In this document: positions 30,273 to 42,800 of the stretch, one piece after another | How positions within the stretch are numbered: position 1 is the first letter of the stretch | Layout: each line of letters begins with the position of its first letter | DNA from: the human T2T-CHM13v2.0 reference genome, Homo sapiens | Assembly (NCBI RefSeq): GCF_009914755.1 | Contig: NC_060926.1 | Length of the DNA: 64,000 bases | Strand: one strand, 5' to 3' | Position numbers and translations under genes: made by a program | The notes under the pieces: model-generated | Seen by the model: the letters and a program-made list of their open reading frames with translations, nothing else | What the model was told of the DNA's origin: nothing | The model's database searches: none

Positions 30273-30325
30273 CCACACACACACACACACACGCCCCCCC
30301 CCCCAAAAAAAAAACAAAACCCAAC
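30273..30325. repeat. compound microsatellite (CA)n-Cn-An
   Basis: cacacacacacacacacacacgccccccccccaaaaaaaaaacaaaac seen directly. Confidence 0.9.
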
Positions 30326-33099
30326 AACAAAGCTGCAGGTCTCCAAATGAAGAGCTTTAGTAGCACTTTTTTTTTACTTTTAAGTTATGAGATGGGAAAA
30401 TAGCATTTGCAGTAATTTTGTGTGGCTATAACTGAAATTCCATGTGCGTGTTTTGCCTTATCGCTTTTAAGTAAGTACAAAGGGACAGATAATGCTTCCA
30501 AGTGCATGCTGTCTCTATTATGACTATGGTAACTCCCAATCACTTGACTGTAAATAGTGCGGGGTTTCTGTCCCTGTTTCACATGCCTTTCACCCTACCT
30601 TTGAGCTTCCTCCTTCGCACCACCCGCCCCCCACCCCCCCCTCCACCGCGTCTCTTGCTTTCATTTCTGCACTGGCAAATGGCTATGATGTTTGGTTCCT
30701 TTTTTTCAGAGATGAGTGAAGAATTCAAGAGAAACTGCCCTCTGGGTTGATGGCGAGAGTTTTTGCCTTCAGCTTCGCCTCTCACGTCCTCTGGATAGAC
30801 CTCCCAATGGGGGCAAAACCACCGCAAAATGAAAATCCCCTCCTCCCCATTGAATCTGCTCTGCTGAAGCTGCAACACTCTCGGATTATTCCAGAAATGG
30901 ATGTCCTTTCAAGCCCCGCTGTCAGTTTCTTTCCGATGCATAAGGCGATTTATGGATGCTTTATTCTAAGCCATGTGCCTTCAGTGACCCAGAACTGACA
31001 AGACTTGAGTTCCTGGCCCCCTGCAGGTTTCTCCACAGTCCATTCCCTAGCAGCCCCCTCCCCAGGGACAGCCTGAGGACACCAACACCAAGCAATAGCT
31101 CTGTCCCCTGCAGAACCTCCCATCCTTCTCCCTCCACAGCCCCCTCCTACTCCCCAGCTCCCCCACCCTCCAGCCCCTTCAAAACCCATCAAAGCCCCAG
31201 GACTTTGAGCACTGCTATCCTTCGGAGTGTCAGGCAACCACAATACTCTCATTCCAAGGGAGGGTCATTTCCAGGTCAGGAGAATCATTTTCCTTCCACT
31301 GCTGAGAGCTCCAGAATCCTGGATTTAGGTTCCTTTGTTATGAGGTTTCCTCTTCTGATCCTTCCACAATTAAGTGACACAATTTCTCTCCCCATTAAAA
31401 GGCAGGAGGCTTTCATTTTCAGACTTGAAGAGCATTTGACTTGAATGGAAGCACTTTTGAGTTCAGAGAGGGAAGATAAGTTCATTTTCATTGAGCACCA
31501 CGGCTCACCTCTTCATATGATTTGCTCAGATTAATTCTCCAGTATTTCACATTCTCAAAGAATGTGAAAACCCCACTGATGAGACGGATCATGAAGCTTC
31601 CCTGGGCTTCAGTTCCCTCATTAGAAAAAGGAATGATTTGAACCAAATAATTATGCAGGCTCTCCCTGCTTTGAAATACTGACATTTTGTCACTGCTAGA
31701 ATAAATGGAAGGAGAGCACATGGCTTTGGTCAAAACAAACAACAACAAACCTTCTTGACCATTTTGGTTGCTTTTACGTGATTTCTGTAAATGTGGCAGG
31801 GCAGAAAGGACAGGTGTTAAATGATGAGTGTTCACACCTTCCCTCTCCTCTCACAGCCTTCGGAAGGGTGGAGTTTCCTGCTTGGTTCACCAGGCAGTCT
31901 TTGGTTGTGGGAATGAACCTGGTGGTAGAAAAATGAGGAAACAGGAAGGTTCCAGGGAGGCAAGTGGAAAGGAAGAAGGGGGCCCGCCCGGCTGCATTCG
32001 AGAGAATTTACCGAGTGTGGAGAGGAGGAGTAGCAGGATTTTGGGCCCTGCCTCGCTTGTGTGCGTGTGTGTGCGTGTAAGCGTGTGCTCTGTCTGAAGC
32101 TCTCCTTCTACCCACTCCCTACTCTCTGTCATGGCCATTTCAGACCTCCATTATCCTCAAAGGCTTTGGTTCCTCTTGTTCCCCAATCTCCTTCTGTAGT
32201 CTTGGCAAATAGTCTGACTTTCTACTTTTCCATTCCAATAGCAATTCTCTCAATCTCTCTCTTCCAAGTTACAGACCTTCATCCACCTGGACCAGAACGT
32301 TAGGGTTCTTTTCTACTGCAGTGGAGGAGTGTTCTTTTGTTTTCTCTAAGGTCAGCTGTCTCCTCCTGTGCTTTGGATGCCATCCCCTCCATTCTTGTCA
32401 GGAACCTTGTAGCAGTGATTACCCCTCCTCTCGCCTTCCCTTAACCTCTTCCTCTCTCAACTGGAAACTTCCATCAGAAGTATTTCAATTTGCTCAAGCC
32501 TTTCCCATTTTCACTATATAAAGCCTATGCCCTCCCTCTTCCCATTGCCCTTTCTGTCTCCTTTCTTTCGTAGTCTGAGTTTTCAGAAATGTCCCTATAC
32601 TCATTGTCTCCATTGCTTTCCCTCTCTTTCTCTGCTTAGCCTTCTCCAGTCCACTACAGCCTTCATTCCCCCATGAAGCTCCTCCTTCTAAGCTGGCCAG
32701 TGATCTCAATGTCTTTATACCCAATGACATTTTTCAGTTTTCCCATTACCTCATTGCCCAGCAGATTTGACATTGTTGACAACTTCCTTCTTCCTGAACT
32801 CTTTCTTCTGTTGATTTTCTGGAAACCACAGTCTGCAGGTTTTCTTCATACCATTGACTGCTACTTCTTAGTCCCCTCTGACTGCAATTCATCCTACTCT
32901 GACCACTGAATCTTGGCCTTCCTTCCTTCTCTGTCTTAGGCTCTCTCCTGGACCACCCGGGGTCAGCTCATTCACACCCATTGCTTCAGTTATGGTCTAG
33001 ATTCTGTTGATTCCTAGATTTATAATTCCAGCCCAGGTTTCCTATCTGAGCCCCTCTCTGCTTATCCAACTGACATCTTGATATACACTCTTTAATGGT

Positions 33100-33368
33100 T
33101 TTTAATTTTTTAATTTTTTTTTTTTGAGATAGGGTCTCACTCTGTCACCCAGACCAGAATGCAGTGGTGCGATCTAGGCTCACTGCAACCTCCTCCTCCC
33201 AGGCTCAAGCGATTCTCTTGCCTTAGCCTCCAAAGTAGCTGAGATTACAGGTGTGCACCACTGCGGCCAAGCTAACTTTTGTATTTTTGGTAGATTCAGG
33301 GTTTCGCCATGTTGGCCAGGCTGGTTTTGAACTCCTGGGATTACAGGCGTGAGCCACCATGCCCTGCC
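33100..33368 (-). mobile_element. Alu (AluJ-like) with internal deletion
   Basis: Antisense Alu in which GAACTCCTGG joins directly to GATTACAGG. TSD CACTCTTTAATG at 33086 and 33368. Confidence 0.9.
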
Positions 33369-33750
33369 ACTCTTTAATGTTTCCACCAGGCAGAAATCTT
33401 GGAGTCATTTTTGGCACCCTCTTACTTTTCTTTTCATATCCTGTTGATTGTATCCTCTAAACATCTCTGCAATCTAAACACTTCTTTCCTTCCCTACCGC
33501 TGCATCTTTGTCCAGCTTAGACTTGGACTGTTATCTTTGCCTGAAGCACAGTAATAGACTTCGACACTTCCTTGTGCACCTACTTATTCCTGCCCTCCTC
33601 TAACTCTTCTCCAACTCTAGACCAAAGTGATCTCTTCAAAATGAAACTCTGATCATGCAGTATTTAAAACCCTTACATAGCTTCCGCTTGCTCTTGGATT
33701 AACGAACAAGATTGTTACTGGGGGCTATAAGGCTCAAAATGCTCTGGTCT

Positions 33751-34126
<376 letters not shown>

Positions 34127-34663
34127 TCAAGGACACTATGGAGAGGGAAAGAGATGCTGTTAATAGTTAGTCTTGGACAACAGGCATAAAATATGACCAC
34201 ACTGAGCAAACTGTATGATGCCCTCACTCAGGAATGACATTCTCCTTCCTACTGCAGGCCCTTTTCTTGCTCTATTCCATCTGCCTTGGAACCTCTGGCC
34301 TCTCTTCTTCGCCTCATTAATTCTGATTTGCCTTTCAGGTCTCAAGATCCACTTTTTCAGGAAAGCCTTTCTTGACTCCCTACCTCAAATACTCCTGTGA
34401 TGTACTTTTGCAACACTTCCTACGGAGCCCCTCCTGAGTGCCATTGACCTCTTTTGAGATTCCTCATCACTGTTGCCACTTTGTGTGCATTTATGAGATT
34501 ATTTGATTAATATTTAATCTTCTCCACTGAAGTGTAAACTCTCTGAAGCCAGGAATCATATCGAGGTTCGCTCACTATTATATCCCCCACATTCAGCTCA
34601 GTGCATGACACATAATGACTAAGTATTATTTAATAGGTGAATCAGCAAAGAAATCAGCTCATT

Positions 34664-35153
34664 ATTGGGGGGTAACTATCCATTGGTTTCTTATGTTTGT
34701 GCACATGTTATGAATAGAGATACTGACTACTTTTGTTTCTGACTATCTGTCTATTCAAGCATTTTGAGTAATGAACAGCCTTGGAAGATACAGATGAAGT
34801 CCCCCTTCAGAACAGAGGACAGACATGCTAGCTTCCCAATATAATAAAGATAATGTCTTCCTCTAAAGAAAAGGGCAGGTGTGCTTCCTGCCCATAATAA
34901 GTGATTCCATTTCTCTCAGATCAGTGTTCTGCTGGAAATATAATTGACTGCATATGCAGGTATAATATGGCTATTTTCGTGTTGCTTTGTGGGAATTGTA
35001 GCTCAAGTAACCAATGCAAAAAATATTGAAACCCTGGCACCTGCTGTAAGTAATAAACTGTCTTTCATCTCTAACAAATAATCTTGTGTCTTCTTTTAGC
35101 ACTCATGCTAGTTGCGTGTTTGGTGAAATCTCAGACCCTTCACAGTTTTTGAC
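34664..35153 (+). mobile_element. ERVL solo LTR (LTR40-like)
   Basis: aacagccttggaagatacagat..., AATAAA at ~35053, ends aaatctcagacccttcacagtttttgaca. Confidence 0.65.
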
Positions 35154-38100
35154 ATTAATTAATTATATTTTATTCATTCTGTATATTTCTTAGACTTTAG
35201 TATCGAGATGTGCAGAAATAAAACATGTGAATGTCTTGAGTATAAGTCCCTGTTTTTCCTTATGCATTGACAAACTACATTCCTGAGATCACCCCTACAT
35301 GATAATCCGAAATAAGCAAAGGTTTTATTGACCATCTCTCTTACTTATTCACTTTTTAATGTTCCCTTTTTCTCCTAATTTTGTCATTTTTTTCCTCCTA
35401 TGTTCTTTTTTTTATTAGTACTGGTTTATTGCAGAAAATTTAGAAATATTAATATGTCCTCCTATGTTCTTAATCTATGGTCTATTTCCTTTCAAATGGT
35501 TACATTAATTTCTCCCAGGGTGTTAGCTGATCTTTATAGGGGACTCTTAAAGAGGAAAAACATCCAGAGTTTAGCGAAGTATAGTAGAAAAAGCCCTGAA
35601 TCAGAAATTAGGAGACATAACTTTTACATATGTACAGGCATAACTAGTTATGTGAAATTGGGCAGGTCACAAAGCTCCAGTTTCCTCTTCTGAACGCAGT
35701 CATTCCTTTATGCATTTATTTATTCATTCAACAATCATTTATTGAATTATTTGCAATAAATGACTTAACTGCTGCCTTCAAAAAACCCACAGTCTAGTGA
35801 GAGAGAAAGACAAACTCAAGATATTAACACAGTGTGAAAGGCATGATAATAGAGGAAATCCCAGGGAGCTGCTGTAGGACCCATGGGATTAGAGCGGAGA
35901 CAGAGAGCATGGGATTAAACTGTGCAAGGGAGGTGGAGTCTGAGCTGAGTCTGGTTGGGCAAAATAACTTGGCCATGGAGAAGGTGAGGTAGGGAGTTGT
36001 AGTCAAAAGCAAGAGAAAGTCCCTTGCAATGCTTGTTGAAGCTTTTCCCTCTTCTCCCTACTTAGGCTTTGCCTTGGCTCCCAATCCCTCCAAACCTATA
36101 GTGGTGTCCCTAAGGGAGAGTCTTATCACCCCTGTGGCCATGGCAAGTGGCCTAGTAGAAGGTAGTGTAACAACCCAGCAGAGAGCTCAGGCACCTGCCT
36201 CCACCACTAACCCTGCAATCTGGGCACCATATTCCTGTCTGCAAAAAGGGAGTCACATTTGGTTTCTCCTGCTGGGTTACCGTGGGGATGTGAGTGCTCA
36301 GCATAGTCCTTAGCCCATGAAAACTATCCAAGTGGTTGCATCAAAATTGGGGAATACTTTGGAAATTATTCATCTCATTTCTTTTTTGTCTCTTTGAGAA
36401 CATGACATCACCTCTAGTTGGCCCAGGACCTCCATCTGCCTGAGGGTGGGAGAATGGAGCAGAGATTAGAAGTGTCTCAAAGTCACACAGGGAGGCCAAC
36501 ATAATTTTCAGTTTCTAACGTGCAAAATAGGATTAGGCAGCAGGAGGTTAGCTTTGAAATACAGAATATTCTCTTGAGGTGAAATTACAAGTTTTTTTAT
36601 TTCCCTGTCTTGAGTATTCTCCCACCAACACCTTCGTGACAGTCTTCAGAAGAAAGATAAAGGCAATTGAGTGCATCTGATGAGAAGAAGCAAGGCAGTC
36701 ATCATTATTTACATCTACGTGAGACAAATAAAAAGAGTTTAATGATTTCAGTCACTAAGGGCTAGGGGCCTCATTCAGAAGACAGTGGTTTTTGACCCCA
36801 AGACCTGCCCTTGTCACTATATTTTTCAATAGCACATGTTTGGAAAATGACTGCTTTAAAAATGTATATATCCTCCCAGGTTGAAAATAACTTCATGCTT
36901 CTTAGTAATTTTGGAGAGGTACAAAGCAATCCCAATAATTTGAAAGCATCACAGACTCTTTTAGAGAAGTTTTTGGAGTGCTTTCAATGGTTGAGCCCAT
37001 AAACATGTCCACTGATTTACATTTTAAAAATGAAAGAGTGTTGTATTAAAATATTTGGATTCTGGTCACATAGTAAGGCTATTGTGCTTCCAGGGGTTAG
37101 CACAGGATCAGACTTGGTTACTGGAAGTATCAAAATTTGCAAATTATCCTTCAAATGAAAATTATTCAGTTCTTCAGGTTTTTTGCTTATGACTGGTGCA
37201 TGTTTGCTGGTTGTGAAAGTGGAAACAGATACAGGATTTGCTCCCAGTCTGAGCATCTGGAGTTGAGTGGCAGGGAAGCTAATAAGGCATCTCACTGCAT
37301 TCTTCCCTTTTCTTCCTGGATGGATGACATGTGTTAATGTTCATGTAAATCCTTGCCCCACTTCACTCTAAGAGCTGAAGCAACCACTTAAAAGTCTTTT
37401 GTCTGTTTGTTTTTCTTTTTTCTTTTCCTATTTCTAAGTAATAGACTCATACTGCTAGTTTTGATTGTTTAGCATTTGTGACTTCCTATGGTGAAAGAAT
37501 AAAGACTTAGTCATTTCATGCCCTGTTCCCAACCCCACCTTCATCCTCCCAAGAGAGTCATATTATAGTTTTTGTTATTGTTCAGTGTTTGTATTATCAT
37601 GACCAGAAGTATTTTTCACAGCAATACCGCATTTCCTTTTGTGGTTGTCATTAGTGCTCACTGACAGATATTTTGTTCTTAACTTTTAAGGTACATAGCA
37701 GGACTTGCTTTCCTGCTCCCTTTGAATTAGGTAAAGTCATGTGACTAGGTCTAGCCAATGAGCTCCAGGCCAGAGCATGTAATTACTGGTGTGAAACTTA
37801 CCAGAGCTCTCTTTCTGTCTGGTATTGCTAACTACCAATATTCAAGAAATTTATGAGTGATGCTAGCATAATGGTGGATTGGAAGATCCAGACCCTCCTT
37901 TTACCCATGCACACACTGATTTAATAATAATACATGGGGCAACTTCCTTTCTGAGAAGCCCAGAAACAAATAACAAGAAGTTCCTGCATCTGAGATGGGC
38001 ATGAGACCAGCTGCATAAAAGTCAGTAGGAACATTCAGGGCACTTTTCTTGGCCTTGTTCTTCCCTTCAGTACAGCACAAAACAAATGGGTAAAAAAACC

Positions 38101-39839
38101 CAAAACTCCTGGCTTCTTCCTTAGGAGGTAAGGAATTGAAGCGTGTGTCTAAAGGTCCAGCTTTCTGAGTGGCTGCCTGAGGGACTGGTTTCTGTTTGCC
38201 TGAATGTAAGCACTGGCAGGAAGAAGCACGAGGCTGGTAGGGACACTGAAAATAAAGGCAACAGTTTGGACTAGTATATACTCATTTACAATAGCCCCTC
38301 CTCCTGGCTCAGCAGAGAATGAGTGGGTGAAAACTCTCAAATGGTAATTTCTCCCTGGGGAAAGAAATTGTTGGAGCACGGCATTTTGCAGAGCTGCCTG
38401 AAGTACTGATTTCTGTCTCATCCAATTCAGGGTGCTGATGGGACCTAACATACTCTAGATTCCTGGTGACTACTGAAAAAAAAAAAAGCTGGAGCACATG
38501 CTGCTGCTACAGAAGACCCAGAGTACAGCAGGTAGACACCAGAGGAAGTAAGAGATTATGAGCATATGAAGATAGAAACAAGCAAATTCTTCTAATTAGA
38601 AATTTACACACACTCGCCAAGAGAAAATACATCCATAGAAAATTTGAGAGACCTCCAGATTTTCTACCTGTGCTAATTGGCGAAGGTCTTTCCCTGCATG
38701 AAGCCAGTCTGTGAATAATGGGAAAGGTGCCTGTTCCTTTGGATTTGCAGATATCAACTCCAAGCTACAGAAACATAAAGAAACTGGAAAATATAGCCTA
38801 ATCAAAGAAACAGAATAAATCTACAGAAATTGGCCCTAAATAAGTGTAGGTATACAAAACACCAAACAAAGAATTCAAAATAACCATCATAATAATATTC
38901 AGTGAGCTCAAGAAAACAGTGTTTGAACAAAATTTGGATCTCAACAAATAAATAAAAAATATGAGAAACAAACAGAAATTTTGGAGCTAAAGAATGTAAG
39001 TGAACTAAAAAATTCATTAGAGAAGTTCAACAGTAGACGTCATCAAGCCGAAGAATAAGCTAACTCAAAGACAGATCATTTGAAATTACCCAGTCAGAGG
39101 AGCAAGAAGAAAAAAAGAATACAAAAGAGTAAAGAAAGTCTAAGGGACTTATGGAACACCATCAAGTAAACAAGGCTATGCATTATGTGAGTCTCAGAAG
39201 AGAAGGAAAAATGAGCACAAGGCTTATTTAAAAAAATAGTGGCCAGAACTTTTTAAAAATTGAGAAGGAAAAGGCACATCCAGATTTAAGAAGCCCAGTG
39301 GTCTCCAAATAGGATAAATTAAAAGAAGTCCATACAGAGTAATATAATAATCAAATGATCAAAAGTCAGAGACAAAGAGGGAGTTCTGAAGGCCTCAAGA
39401 GAATGCATAAAAGAAAACTCCATAAGATATCAGGGGATTGGGATGTACATTCAAAGTGCTGAAAGTAAAAATTTGCCAACTAAAAATACTATATCTGGCT
39501 TAATGGTTCTTCAAAAATGAAGGAAAGATAAAACTTTTCCAGATAAACAAAGCCAAGGGAGGCCATCACAACTAGACCAGCCTTACAAGAAATGATAAAG
39601 GAGGTCCTTCAAATTAAAATGAAAGATTGAATGGCAGCACAAAAGCATATGAAAGTATAAAGTTTGCTGATAAAATTGAATATATAGATAAATACAGAAT
39701 ACTATGATACTGCAATGATGGTGCATAAATCATTTTAAATGCAGGTATAGGAGTTAAAACAAAGTATTCAAAATAACTATATAAAATATGTTAATGGATA
39801 CAAAGTATAAAGAAATGTGACATCATCAACATAGAGTTT

Positions 39840-42800
39840 GAGGAGGACCTTCAAGATAGCCAACTGGCAGCATCTGACACTTGCCTCCTCCATGAAAAAT
39901 CAAAATAACAAGTAGACAGTCACACTTTGAATAGAGCATCTGAGAGAGAACACTGGAATTTAGCAGAGAAGTGACAGAAAACACCACAGGCATGGAAGGA
40001 GAGAGAAGCAAGGCAGTCAGTTCACTGGGATTGGCTGGGAGCCTGGAGAGGCTCCCCAGTCTAAAGAAAGGGTAAAAGATCCCCAGCTGTGCACATTCCC
40101 ACCATGAACTTCTGCAACCCTAGCCATGGGAGAACCCTTCAATCCTTGTGGGGCCTACGATAGCATAGGGAGCTGCCTGAAGACCATTCCAGAAAGGAGC
40201 CTCACACTGGGTTCCTCATCCAGCCCCCTTTCCCCATTCCTAAGTAGCTGTAGCTTGGCACCATTTTGAGAGCTCAGTCCTTACCAGACTGCATCCTGCC
40301 CTGGGACCCAACAGCCCCTACATTTACACATTTCTAGGGACACGCTAACATTCCCACTGCATTCACGAAGAGGACTGCATCAGCACAATGCCAGCTGGAC
40401 TCAGTGGAGCAGCAGCGTCCCCAGCATTCTAGCACACACAGTGTCTTGCACCTGAGGGAATGGACAGTGGAGGACACTATGGAGGCTGCCCATGGGACAA
40501 AGAGAGCCAAAGCCTGTGCTTCCTAAAGCCTGAGAACTGCCTACATAGGGTGGCTACCACAGACAGCAACTCCAGCCTCCTCTAGCATTAGGGCTGCTGT
40601 ACACACACCCTGAGAACAGACTCAGCCACCATCCATTACAGCCACTTCTGCTGCCCGTGGAGGCTGAAGTGCATGCCACTGACATTAACCCTGCTTCCTC
40701 AGCAGCAGAGCTACAGTTCTCAGGAGGCCTGAGACCTGCTTACCTGCAGCTGCAGCCACTGTCAGCAGCCATGCTTCCTCCAGCAACAGGGCCGTAGTGC
40801 ACTTGCACATGCCCCAAGGACAGGCTCCCTGCAACCACTACTCTCACTGCTGTAGGCAGCCAAGCACTCTGCTGAGGAGGGCCTGGGGATCAGCCCACCC
40901 TGCCTGCCATAGCCAGCACCCAAGCACACCACCAGGAGCCCTTAGGCCAGACCTACCTGGCCTGGCAATGCACATGTACCCCCAACATCCCAGTACCCAA
41001 GCACATCCCTGAGGGCCCTGGAATTACCCTGCCCTGTCCATCACATCTAGTTTCTGTGCACTTCTCCTGGGGGCCTGAGGAAAGACCCATCCAGCTAACC
41101 ACTGCCACCAGTGGGGCCCAAAGACTGGTCCACTTGGTGTCCTTGTTACCAGCAAAACCTCACAATAGCCTCCACTAATAACTGCAGCTCAAGCCACTGA
41201 AGAAATCAGACACCACTATTGCTGGTTATAGCCAAAGAAATCATATAAGACTATACTTCTGCACACACCCAGAATAAAAGCTAAAATGTCCTATCCAACA
41301 AACACCATAGATTCATCTTCAGGAGAAGGTCTTTCCCTATAAAAGCCAATTTTAAAAGTTCGAAGAAGTGACCATTGTAACAGATGCACAGCTATCAATT
41401 TAAAAATGTAAGAAACAGGAACAAACATGGAAATATGAAACCTCTGAAGGAACACAATAATTCTTTAGCAACATATTTCAATGAAAAGAAATTTATAAAA
41501 TGCCAGGAAAAGTATTCAAAATAATGACATTTAAAAAGCTTAGTGAGATAAAAGAGAACACAGATGAACAATGCAAAGAGATCAGGAAAACCATTCAGGA
41601 TATAAACAAGAAATTCACCAATATCATAAACAAAATAAAACAAAAAAACAGATATTTTGGAACTAAAGAATTAAATGAGAGAAAATATTTGTTCAAGAGC
41701 ATCAATAATAGACTAGAGCAAGTAGAAGAGTCTCAGAACTTGAAGACAGGTCTTTAAAGATAACCCAGTCAGGCCAAAAAGAAAAAAAAAGAGGAAGAAG
41801 AAGAAAAGAAAAAAGAATGAATAAAGCAGATGTGACATATGGACACCACATAGAGACCCAATATGTGAATTTTGGGTGTTCTAGAAGGTGAAGAGATGGC
41901 CAAAGGCATAGAAAACTTTCTTAACAAAACAATAGCTAAAAACTTCCCAAGTCTAGCAAGAGGTTTAGATATCCAGATCCAGGAAACTCAGGGATCCTCA
42001 AATGGATACAATCCAAAAAGTCTCCACAGCATGTTATATCAAACTGTGAAAAGTCAAAGACAGAGAATTGTAGAAACAGCAAAGGAGTCTGGCCACATAT
42101 AAGGGAATCCCCATTGGACTAAAAGAGGATTTCTCAGTAGAAACCTTTCAGCCCGGGACAGAATGGGATGATATATTCAAAGTGCTAAAAGAAAAAAATC
42201 GCCATCCAAGAATAGTATACCTAAAAAAATAATCCTTCACAAATGAGGGAGAAATAAAGTCTTTCCCAATAAAGCAAAAACTGAAGGAGCTCATCACCAA
42301 TAGACTGGTCCTACAAGAAATGCTTAAGGGAGTCCCAAACCTGGAATACAAAGGATAATATCGACCTTCATGAAAACACATGAAAGTATAAAACTCACTG
42401 GCAGAGCAAATACACATATGAGGAAGAGAAAAGACTCAAATGTTACCACTGTAGAAGCTGCAAAACTGCAATGATAAACAATAAGAGAGAAAGAAAGGAT
42501 CAAAAGATATACAAAGCATCCAGAAAACAATAAACACAATGACAGGAATAAATCCTCACATATCAATAATAAACTTGAATATAAATGAGTTGCATTTTCC
42601 ACTTAAAAGATATAGACTGGCTGAATGAATTTTAAAAAATGGCCTAACTGTATGCTGCCTGTAAGAAATTTGTTTCATCAGTAAAGACACTTACGGACTG
42701 AAAATAAAGAGATAGCAAAATATATTCCACAAAAACAGAAATGAAAAGCAAGAAGGATTAGTTATAGTTAAGTCATATAAAATGGACTTTAAGTCCAAAA

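Noticed and set aside
30956-31444. 162-aa Pro/Ser-rich ORF
   Set aside because: Low-complexity C-rich sequence with no recognisable domain, no ATG start and no supporting exon structure.
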